Shown in pieces: positions 1 to 6,776 of a stretch of 24,000 bases of DNA. The stretch's first letter is position 1. Each line of letters begins with the position of its first letter. This DNA is from Thermoplasmata archaeon (GTDB taxonomy: Archaea; Thermoplasmatota; Thermoplasmata; Lutacidiplasmatales; SKW197): assembly GCA_049970095.1 (NCBI GenBank), contig JBMFNP010000002.1, positions 1-24,000 of the forward strand, given 5' to 3'. The notes under the pieces are model-generated. The model did no database searches. It worked only from the letters and a program-made list of their open reading frames with translations, and was not told where the DNA came from. The position numbers and the translations under genes were made by a program.

Positions 1-230
1 TCTACCCTATTATTTGTCATTGGTACTCTTTCATCCACCAGATACCATGTTAGGTCCTCAAACCTATCAGCCATCTTCTCCAGTTCTTTCCTTAACCGCC
101 ATGGAATGTCCTCTCTTTGGTAGAGGCTCTCCAATTTTCTCCACGCTTCATCTCTATTCCCACTCCTGAAGATTCCTGCTATCTCCTTCAACACCCCTTT
201 CCAGGATTGTTTTCTGTATAGATCAGTCAC
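1..230 (-). pseudogene. DDE transposase-like ORF, C-terminal region only (5'-truncated; runs off the left window edge)
   Basis: Manual translation of the minus strand from GTG 230..228 gives VTDLYRKQSWKGVLKEIAGIFRSGNRDEAWRKLESLYQREDIPWRLRKELEKMADRFEDLTWYLVDERVPMTNNRV... and is still open at position 1. The layout '...DEA..L......IP..L.K.A......L..YL......TNN.VE' resembles the region after the DDE domain of ISL3/IS256/IS66-type transposases. An in-frame TGA at 254..252 and the plus-strand gene at 310 leave no room for the roughly 250-300 aa catalytic part. The ORF is absent from the supplied track because it has no stop in the window. Confidence 0.4.
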
Positions 231-309
231 AACATAAGATAATTTACTAAGTCAAAAATTTTGAATTTTCAAACAAAACTTATGTTCCTCAAGCTAGCAA
301 AAAATTTAT

Positions 310-1563
310 TTGTGGGCAAGCCTATACGCTTTTGATGGAAAAATGTCCATATTGTGTGTTGATTGTATTACGGATGGGACAGCCAGCATAACATCACAGA
401 CATGCACATTTACCTATACATCGCCTGGAATTACTGAGATTACATGGGAGCCAGGGCATGGAGATGGCTATGAAAAGGCAACAATCACATGGTACACGAG
501 TGTAAACACCACAAACAACTATGTTGTGATAGATGGCAAAAAAGTCTCTGGGAGCGGCAATGGAGGGAAAGTGCACATCGCATGGGTTTCTAATCTTAAG
601 CCCTCAACCACCTACACATTCACGGTTCACTCCACATATGGCACAGAGTTTTGTATGAGTTCAAGCTGGACCACGAGGATGCGAATAACAATAATAACTG
701 CAGAAGATCTTCTAAATAATGCAACAAACCAAATATATCTTTATGTATTGTGGGCAACAGGAAATGCGGCAAAAAGCAATATTTACAAATTTACATATCA
801 ATCTGTATTGGGAAATGGTATGCTGACAAGTGCAGATCTCGGAGAGAGTTATACAGCAAACTACGGATATTGTGATAAGGTATGGATACCTATTTCAAAC
901 CCAAATAGAGTTAAAAATGTGCTGGTAATTTTTACAATTTCATGGAAGTATGTGAATGCAAATGTCCAGGAAAGCTTATCAGCGAACACTGTGATATTTA
1001 AAGATACAGATGGTGATGGTTTATTTAATGTAGAGGAACTCAGCCAATGGGAGGGGATAACTGATAAGAATGGAGATGGAAAGTTTGACATCTGGCAAAC
1101 AGACCTTGATTGGGTTTGGATACCCTATGGTGTTGAAACCCAGAACAATCTCAATTCTGTAGTAAATTGCCGCACAGAATACCGCCCCTGGGCTTCATAC
1201 CCAGAATGGAATTTGCCTGTAGAGGCAAATTACCAGTTTTCTTCACATCTTCATAAAGAAGGGACTACTTATTTCTATCATGCGTGCTACCAGGAATATC
1301 CCCCAAATTTTGATCTAGTGGGAAATAAATTTTTCATTCGGGTGATTAATATGAAAATGGCGGTAAAGTTATTTATTGCTATTCTGTGCATTTTTTCAAT
1401 AATAGTGGCAATATTTGTGATTGTAATAACTGATACATACATGCCAGAAGGTAGTTGTTGGAGGGTATGGGGAGAACTTGAAGGAGTAATTCCAGAAGAA
1501 AGTAAGAGCATAAGTTTTTCCCATGCCCCTAATAGGGAAATAAGGTGTGGTAATTATGGTTGA
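310..1563 (+). CDS. C-terminally membrane-anchored protein with an FN3-like domain and Asp-rich Ca-binding-type loops (surface-protein-like); no N-terminal signal peptide
   Basis: 417-codon ORF (TTG at 310; first ATG at 343). It has an FN3-like stretch '[23 protein letters not shown]...[12 protein letters not shown]'. Dockerin/thrombospondin-type loops are '[12 protein letters not shown]' and 'DKNGDGKFD'. There are several N-x-S/T sequons. A single hydrophobic helix '[23 protein letters not shown]' lies near the C-terminus. The stop (1561-1563) overlaps the cdc48 ATG at 1556 (ATGGTTGA). Confidence 0.7.
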   Translation: MWASLYAFDGKMSILCVDCITDGTASITSQTCTFTYTSPGITEITWEPGHGDGYEKATITWYTSVNTTNNYVVIDGKKVSGSGNGGKVHIAWVSNLKPSTTYTFTVHSTYGTEFCMSSSWTTRMRITIITAEDLLNNATNQIYLYVLWATGNAAKSNIYKFTYQSVLGNGMLTSADLGESYTANYGYCDKVWIPISNPNRVKNVLVIFTISWKYVNANVQESLSANTVIFKDTDGDGLFNVEELSQWEGITDKNGDGKFDIWQTDLDWVWIPYGVETQNNLNSVVNCRTEYRPWASYPEWNLPVEANYQFSSHLHKEGTTYFYHACYQEYPPNFDLVGNKFFIRVINMKMAVKLFIAILCIFSIIVAIFVIVITDTYMPEGSCWRVWGELEGVIPEESKSISFSHAPNREIRCGNYG

Positions 1564-3763
1564 AAAGCAGAGCATAATTCTCCAGGTGGCAGAAGCGATG
1601 CAGCAGGATATAGGGTTGGGGAGAGCAAGAATAGATACTGAGACACGGTTTAGATTAGGTGTGAAACCGGGGGACATAATTGAAATAACAGGGAAGAAAA
1701 CTACTGGTGCGAAAGTTTTTAAAATTCTTCAGGAAGATGAAGGTAAGGGTTTAATAAAAATTGATAATTTAATAAGGAAAAATGCAGGTGTGTCAATTGG
1801 CGACCGTGTTGTAGTAACAAAAGCTACGCTTTTGCCAGCAACTAAAATTACACTTTCCCCGTACAACACCAACATTAGATTTTCAGCAGGTGCCGAGTAT
1901 TTTGCAAACAAAGCCCTGGTGGACCGCGCAGTTGCCAAAGGAGACCTGATAACAGTTCCGGGTTTTGCGCTAAAAAGTTCATCCCTCATATTTGTAGTTA
2001 CACACACTGAGCCAAAAGGGCTCGTAATGGTGAATGAGGAAACTATTATTAAATTTGGAGAGCCTGTTATTGGGGAGATTGACACAAAAAGCACTGGTGT
2101 GGCTTATGAGGATATCGGAGGGCTCAAGGAGCAATTGCAGCGGGTAAAAGAGACAATAGAACTTCCACTCAAACATCCGGAGTTATTTGAGAGATTGGGA
2201 ATTACACCCCCGAAGGGTGTGCTTCTGTATGGACCACCAGGGACTGGCAAAACTTTAATTGCAAAGGCAGTAGCGAATGAAGCAAATGCGGAATTTTTTG
2301 CAATCCAGGGTCCAGAAATCATGAGCAAATTCTATGGGGGAAGTGAAGAAAGATTACGCGAAATCTTTGAGAAAGCAAAGGAAAAAGCGCCCTCCATAAT
2401 TTTCATTGACGAGATTGATTCAATTGCACCTAGGCGCGATGAGGTTCAGGGTGATGTGGAAAGAAGAGTTGTAGCACAGCTTCTTACCTTACTTGATGGG
2501 CTCTCTCCAAGAGGAAATGTGATTGTTATCGGGGCTACAAACAGGGAAAATGCGATAGACCCTGCCTTAAGAAGGCCCGGTAGATTTGATAGAGAGATAG
2601 AAATTGGTGTGCCCACAATGGAGGGTAGAAAAGAGATTTTGCAGATTCACACAAGAGATATGCCACTTGAGGGCAGCGATGAGGAGAAGGAAAAATTGTT
2701 GAAGGAACTTGCAGAGATAACACATGGCTTTGTAGGTGCGGACCTAGCGGCACTGGCAAGAGAAGCAGCAATGAACGCACTTCGCAGATATTTGCCTGAA
2801 ATAGACCCTGATGCCCCAGTTTCACCAGAACTTCTCAGTAAAATGAAGGTGACAAGAGAGGACTTTTTGAATGCGCTGAAAACTGTCGAACCTTCTGCAC
2901 TCCGAGACATAACAGTTGAAATCCCGAATGTGAAATGGGATATGATTGGAGGACTGGAGGAAGTTAAGCAACAGATGAGGGAACTAGTAGAGCTTCCTTT
3001 GAAACATCCAGATGCGTATAAACGAATGGGAATTGAACCCCTGAAGGGCTTATTACTGTATGGGCCTCCTGGCACTGGGAAAACGCTTATAGCAAAGGCT
3101 GTAGCAACCGAAAGTGAGGCGAATTTTATATCTGTAAAAGGTCCGGAATTGATTTCAAAATGGGTGGGGGAAAGTGAAAAAGCAATAAGGGAAGTATTCA
3201 AGAAGGCGAGGCAGGTCTCTCCATGTATTATCTTCTTTGATGAGATTGATGCAATTGCACCCGTCAGAGGTGCGCATGCGGATTCTGGGGTCACAGAGAG
3301 GATGGTGAATCAGCTTCTGACATCAATGGATGGAGTTGAGGTAATGCAGGGTGTGATTGTTATAGGGGCCACAAATAGGCCAGATATCCTTGACCCTGCA
3401 CTTCTAAGAACTGGAAGGTTTGATCGTTTAGTTTATGTTCCTCCACCTGATGAAAAAGCAAGACTGGCTATTCTGAAAATTCATACTGCGAAAATGCCTT
3501 TGAAAGATGTGAATCTAGAGGAAATTGCAAAAAGATTAGAGAACTATACTGGTGCAGATATTGCAGGCATAGTTAGGGAGGCCGGGTTGCTTGCACTCAG
3601 GAAAAATATCAATGCAAATGTGGTCAGTGCAGAAGATTTTGAGCAGGCAATTGCAAATTCCAAGCCATCAATTACACCAGAGCAGATTAAATTTTACGAG
3701 GAGTTCAACATAAAGAGGAAACTTGTTGAAAAGAAAGAATCTGAGATTGTTTATTATAGATGA
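1556..3763 (+). CDS. cdc48: Cdc48/VAT/p97-type double-ring AAA+ ATPase
   Basis: The N-domain contains '[14 protein letters not shown]'. There are two Walker A motifs GPPGTGKT (D1, D2), Walker B motifs 'IIFIDEID' and 'IIFFDEID', and second-region-of-homology motifs '[22 protein letters not shown]' and '[22 protein letters not shown]'. The track start (GTG 1547) was moved to ATG 1556, which has AGGTG 8-9 nt upstream and gives the typical '[14 protein letters not shown]' N-terminus. Confidence 0.97.
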   Translation: MVEKQSIILQVAEAMQQDIGLGRARIDTETRFRLGVKPGDIIEITGKKTTGAKVFKILQEDEGKGLIKIDNLIRKNAGVSIGDRVVVTKATLLPATKITLSPYNTNIRFSAGAEYFANKALVDRAVAKGDLITVPGFALKSSSLIFVVTHTEPKGLVMVNEETIIKFGEPVIGEIDTKSTGVAYEDIGGLKEQLQRVKETIELPLKHPELFERLGITPPKGVLLYGPPGTGKTLIAKAVANEANAEFFAIQGPEIMSKFYGGSEERLREIFEKAKEKAPSIIFIDEIDSIAPRRDEVQGDVERRVVAQLLTLLDGLSPRGNVIVIGATNRENAIDPALRRPGRFDREIEIGVPTMEGRKEILQIHTRDMPLEGSDEEKEKLLKELAEITHGFVGADLAALAREAAMNALRRYLPEIDPDAPVSPELLSKMKVTREDFLNALKTVEPSALRDITVEIPNVKWDMIGGLEEVKQQMRELVELPLKHPDAYKRMGIEPLKGLLLYGPPGTGKTLIAKAVATESEANFISVKGPELISKWVGESEKAIREVFKKARQVSPCIIFFDEIDAIAPVRGAHADSGVTERMVNQLLTSMDGVEVMQGVIVIGATNRPDILDPALLRTGRFDRLVYVPPPDEKARLAILKIHTAKMPLKDVNLEEIAKRLENYTGADIAGIVREAGLLALRKNINANVVSAEDFEQAIANSKPSITPEQIKFYEEFNIKRKLVEKKESEIVYYR

Positions 3764-4416
3764 GAAAGATGGAGAAAAAAGAAAAGGTAAGGAAAAGATA
3801 CGACAGATGGAGCAGTGTTTATGATATATTTGACCTGGGTGGGGTGACATACGAAAAGAGGTTTGCAGTGGACATGCTCAATATAAAAGGAAACGAGCAG
3901 ATCCTTGACTTTGGCACAGGAACAGGTGCAATTCTGCCATACATTGCGAGTAAACTCACAACAGGTAAGATATATGCAGTGGATTTTTCACAAAAAATGG
4001 TTGAAAAAGCTAGGGCAAGGGTAAAGAAGCATCGTATAGAAGAAAAGGTGGAGGTGAGGCTCGACGACTGTGAAAATCTGAGTTTTGCTGACAGTACTTT
4101 TGATTGTGTAATCGCCACCTATACCTTTACTTCACTTCCAAACCCGCAAAAAGGTGCTGGAGAGATGGCACGAGTTCTTAAACTTGGAGGGTACTTTTCT
4201 GTGCTTGAAACAGGGAGACCGAAGAAATGGTACCTATTACCACATTACTGGCTGATAAAACCCACTGCAAGGATTTTTGGGTACACATATATTGACAGGG
4301 ATGTATCAGCAATACTGATGGATGCAGGTTTTGATATAGTAAATGTGTACAGGTTTGGGCTGGCATACTGTATCAAGGGGAAAAAGTGTCAGAATAAACC
4401 AGCAATCACCAGATAG
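3760..4416 (+). CDS. class I SAM-dependent methyltransferase (UbiE/type-11-like)
   Basis: Motif I is '[11 protein letters not shown]', post-I is '[12 protein letters not shown]', and the later motifs are '[10 protein letters not shown]' and '[11 protein letters not shown]'. The ATG overlaps the cdc48 stop (ATGA at 3760-3763). Confidence 0.85.
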   Translation: MRKMEKKEKVRKRYDRWSSVYDIFDLGGVTYEKRFAVDMLNIKGNEQILDFGTGTGAILPYIASKLTTGKIYAVDFSQKMVEKARARVKKHRIEEKVEVRLDDCENLSFADSTFDCVIATYTFTSLPNPQKGAGEMARVLKLGGYFSVLETGRPKKWYLLPHYWLIKPTARIFGYTYIDRDVSAILMDAGFDIVNVYRFGLAYCIKGKKCQNKPAITR

Positions 4417-4450
4417 GGCTTAAACCAAATCCGAGTATTGAAGGAAAAAG

Positions 4451-4461
4451 TTTTTTTATAA
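4451..4461 (+). terminator. T7 run / TATA-like box between the cdc48-methyltransferase unit and the TPR gene
   Basis: 'TTTTTTTATAA' lies 35 nt after the methyltransferase stop. Oligo-T tracts are the usual archaeal termination signal. The same AT box could instead be a TATA element for the gene at 4481. Confidence 0.3.
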
Positions 4462-4480
4462 TCAAAATAATAAGGAGACT

Positions 4481-5434
4481 ATGCCCTGTGTGCTGTGTGG
4501 TAGTGATGGAAACTATTTCTGTCAAGGCTGTATGGAAAAATTGCCTGCCTTTGGCTATGATAATCTGTATCCTGGGGATAATTTTGTGGATAGATTTAAC
4601 TGGTTATTTGAAGGTGCAGGCGCACCAGAAACACTGGATGATTATGACAAAATTCTTGAAATTCTGGGCGTTCCAATCCTACCCACAGAACAGGTTCCAG
4701 TCCTTACAATAGGAGACATAAAACTTGTGAATGCCTCTCTGGAAAAACTGAAAAGAGAGTTGGTTGAAACTGGTAAAATTCAGAACACTGATTTTCCATT
4801 GCGACTTGCAACCCTTTACTGCATCCACGAAAAAAAAGGAGGGCCAGCCATTGCAGTGGCTAGAATTGTGCTCAACATTGAAGCGGAGAACATTAATGCA
4901 CACCTCGGTGCAGGTTTTGGCAGTGTTTTGGATGGTAATATGAAGTCAGCATCTGATTACTTTGATGCAGTGCTCTCCAAACAGCCACAGAGCGCAGAAG
5001 CATGGTATGGAAAGGCGCTGATTATGAAGGCGGGCGGCAGATGGGGTGCAGCCATCCAGTTTCTTAATGAGGCAATAAAAATTCACCCCGAGTTCTATCT
5101 GGCATATGTAGAAAAAGCAAGCATTCTCTATAACCAGCGGAGGTTTGAGGAGGCAGATAGGGTAGTGGATACAGCAATAAGAATTCAACCAGATAGCGGG
5201 AGTGCCTGGGCATTGAAGGCAGAAATCCTGAATGCGACCGGGAAGTGGGGCGGTGCATATCAGTGCCTCAATCAGGCAATCTCTCTGGAACCATTGAACA
5301 GAAGTTATCTTGTGAACAAGGCAAAGTTATTAATAGTTCATGGAAGAAAAAGTGAAGCAAGAGAGATTCTTATGGAGGTTTTGAATTTTGAGCGATCCGA
5401 AGAGTTACTGGCACTTCTGAAGGAGTGTGATTGA
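4481..5434 (+). CDS. zinc-ribbon plus TPR-repeat protein
   Basis: The N-terminus 'MPCVLCGSDGNYFCQGC' reads C-x2-C-x7-C-x2-C. The C-terminal half has at least four TPR-like 34-aa units, e.g. 'AEAWYGKALIMKAGGRWGAAIQFLNEAIKIHPEF' and 'GSAWALKAEILNATGKWGGAYQCLNQAISLEPLN'. An AAGGAG SD sits at 4472-4477. Confidence 0.85.
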   Translation: MPCVLCGSDGNYFCQGCMEKLPAFGYDNLYPGDNFVDRFNWLFEGAGAPETLDDYDKILEILGVPILPTEQVPVLTIGDIKLVNASLEKLKRELVETGKIQNTDFPLRLATLYCIHEKKGGPAIAVARIVLNIEAENINAHLGAGFGSVLDGNMKSASDYFDAVLSKQPQSAEAWYGKALIMKAGGRWGAAIQFLNEAIKIHPEFYLAYVEKASILYNQRRFEEADRVVDTAIRIQPDSGSAWALKAEILNATGKWGGAYQCLNQAISLEPLNRSYLVNKAKLLIVHGRKSEAREILMEVLNFERSEELLALLKECD

Positions 5435-5932
5435 ATGAGTTTGCCTGTATCTATATTCCTTCGCCCTCTTACGGAACTAAAAGAGGATGAGTGGACAATA
5501 GCGGAAATAACGATTAATAACTATGGTGATAGCACAATCCAGTGTCTGAAGGTTGAAATCTTTGGAGACATTGAAGCAGAGAAGCCCTTGCAGATAGATG
5601 CACTTGCCACTGATGAATTGCTTTCTTATCAAATAAAGATAAGACCCCTGAACTCAGAGGGAATTGTTGTTCTTAAAGCATCAGAAATCCAGGATGGAAA
5701 TGTGGTGGATTTTGCAGCCACAACAATGCGTTTCCCAATCTCAGGAACGAAGACAGTAGGGATAAAGGGATATAAGAGATTTGCAGCACATGAGGAACTG
5801 ATTTGCAAGGTGTGCCAAGAAAAAATATATCCGGGATTTCTGGTTGTGCAGTGCAGGTGCAATGCAACCTTTCATCACAAGTGTGTCAGGGATATGTTGA
5901 AATGTCCAGTATGTGGCAGAACCTGGAAATAA
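5435..5932 (+). CDS. beta-sandwich (CARDB/Ig-like) protein with a C-terminal RING-H2/C4HC3-like zinc finger
   Basis: The ATG immediately follows the TPR gene stop (TGAATG). The N-terminal part 'WTIAEITINNYGDSTIQCLKVEIFGD...' resembles CARDB-type beta-sandwiches. The C-terminus 'CKVCQEKIYPGFLVVQCRCNATFHHKCVRDMLKCPVCGRTW' has eight Zn ligands with RING-like spacing. There is no signal peptide or TM helix. Confidence 0.8.
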   Translation: MSLPVSIFLRPLTELKEDEWTIAEITINNYGDSTIQCLKVEIFGDIEAEKPLQIDALATDELLSYQIKIRPLNSEGIVVLKASEIQDGNVVDFAATTMRFPISGTKTVGIKGYKRFAAHEELICKVCQEKIYPGFLVVQCRCNATFHHKCVRDMLKCPVCGRTWK

Positions 5933-6356
5933 TATAGTCATGAACTGTTATTATTGCCTGAACCACCTTGGTAGTGGTACCTGTGTACTGGGCAGTCACC
6001 TTTATTTCTCTGGTATGCACATTCATTGGAAGTGTGGGTGTCACATCAAACTGTGCCCGTCCGTTCTTGTCTGTAAGTTTCTTTTGATCTATCCCACAAC
6101 CCTCAAGGTGTATTTCTACACCCTCCAGTACCTTTCCGTTCACATCATAAGCTGTTACTGTTACTGTAACGGTGTTTCCCACTGTGAGGTCTGTATTGTC
6201 AATAGTGATATGGTCCAGCTCTGGTTTCTTCACCATGTACATCCAGCCAATGAGGATAGCAATTCCCACTGCAGCTACAATCACCAGGACTATGAGAAAG
6301 AGCGGCAATCCTTGAAGCGAGCCTCTTTTGTTCCCTCTTCCAAATTTTCTGGGCAT
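5886..6356 (-). CDS. N-terminally membrane-anchored protein with a bacterial-Ig-like (Big/invasin-type) domain
   Basis: A basic N-terminus 'MPRKFGRGNKRGS' is followed by a TM helix 'LPLFLIVLVIVAAVGIAILIGWMYM'. The Ig-like repeat signature is 'LTVGNTVTVTVTAYDVNGKVLEGVEIHL...TDKNGRAQFDVT'. This ORF was preferred over the opposite-strand ORF 5913..6389, which has no recognisable features. Confidence 0.72.
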   Translation of the reverse strand: MPRKFGRGNKRGSLQGLPLFLIVLVIVAAVGIAILIGWMYMVKKPELDHITIDNTDLTVGNTVTVTVTAYDVNGKVLEGVEIHLEGCGIDQKKLTDKNGRAQFDVTPTLPMNVHTREIKVTAQYTGTTTKVVQAIITVHDYIISRFCHILDISTYP

Positions 6357-6380
6357 AGATTTTACCCCACTAATTATAGC

Positions 6381-6397
6381 TTTTATTAAATATAAAC
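6381..6397. promoter_or_regulatory. AT-rich TATA-like box in a divergent intergenic region
   Basis: 'TTTTATTAAATATAAAC' is centred about 34 nt upstream of the minus-strand ATG at 6356, and about 20-25 nt upstream of the G-run that starts inverted repeat A on the plus strand. Confidence 0.35.
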
Positions 6398-6411
6398 TTT
6401 TGGGTTCCCAC

Positions 6412-6495
6412 GGGGGAGAGTGTCAATCTAAATGAAATGAGATATAAGAGTGCATTATGTTGGTAGAAAAAGGGCACTTAGACACCCTCGCCCCC
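6412..6495 (+). other. imperfect long-range inverted repeat A (candidate structured RNA, 5' UTR or regulatory element)
   Basis: GGGGGAGAGTGTC (6412-6424) can pair with GACACCCTCGCCCCC (6481-6495). That gives 5+3+4 bp with one mismatch and a 2-nt bulge. An inner helix GAGTGC (6448-6453) pairs with GCACTT (6474-6479). The element is flanked upstream by a TATA-like box and downstream by TTTTT (6502-6506). Confidence 0.3.
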
Positions 6496-6501
6496 ACCAA
6501 A

Positions 6502-6510
6502 TTTTTATAA
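6502..6510 (+). promoter_or_regulatory. TATA-like box upstream of korD (alternatively an oligo-T terminator for an upstream small transcript)
   Basis: 'TTTTTATAA' is centred about 36 nt upstream of the korD ATG (6542). GAGG at 6531-6534 could serve as the SD. Confidence 0.35.
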
Positions 6511-6541
6511 CCCATTGTATTCTCCATGTTGAGGCGGTTTA

Positions 6542-6775
6542 ATGCACCCAGAAATAAACGAAGAGTATTGCAAGGGCTGTCATCTGTGTATTTTAGTGTG
6601 TCCTATGAAAGTTTATTCAAAAAGTGAAAAAATATCGAAGCGGGGTGCAGTTCTTCCAAAAGTAGAAAAACCAGAGAAATGCCCGAATGCAAAGAAAAAA
6701 ATTGATGAAAAACTCACATGCGAAATGTGCACGCTCACATGTCCAGACCAAGCAATAAAATTCATGGAGGATTAG
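6542..6775 (+). CDS. korD: 2-oxoacid:ferredoxin oxidoreductase delta subunit (2x[4Fe-4S] ferredoxin-like)
   Basis: 77 aa with 'CKGCHLCILVCP' (C-x2-C-x2-C-x3-CP) and a second motif 'C-x12-CEMCTLTCP'. It sits directly upstream of the alpha and beta subunit genes (1-nt gap). Confidence 0.85.
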   Translation: MHPEINEEYCKGCHLCILVCPMKVYSKSEKISKRGAVLPKVEKPEKCPNAKKKIDEKLTCEMCTLTCPDQAIKFMED

Positions 6776-6776
6776 T

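Noticed and set aside
260-273. Short palindrome TTTGAA-TT-TTCAAA upstream of the 417-aa ORF
   Set aside because: Six-bp arms in a very AT-rich spacer are expected by chance, and there is no second copy or associated regulator gene in the window.
1547-1555. N-terminal extensions in the ORF track: cdc48 1547, sucD 9734, nadC 15977, rpl1 19224, P0 19996, P1 21011, FG-GAP protein 19407
   Set aside because: In each case a downstream start has a GGAGG/AGGTGA-type SD at proper spacing, reproduces the canonical family N-terminus, and removes an overlap with the upstream gene.
3760-4416. Idea that the methyltransferase overlapping cdc48 is an analogue of the eukaryotic VCP lysine methyltransferase
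   Set aside because: The protein looks like a generic UbiE/type-11 methyltransferase, not the METTL21 type. The D1 position equivalent to the methylated Lys of human VCP (HTK-NMKL) is Arg here (IHTRDMPL). Adjacency alone is not evidence.
5913-6389. 158-aa plus-strand ORF overlapping the Ig-like membrane protein gene
   Set aside because: The opposite-strand ORF (5886-6356) has a coherent basic N-terminus, a TM helix and an Ig-like repeat signature. This one has none of these and would begin inside the 3' end of the RING-like gene.
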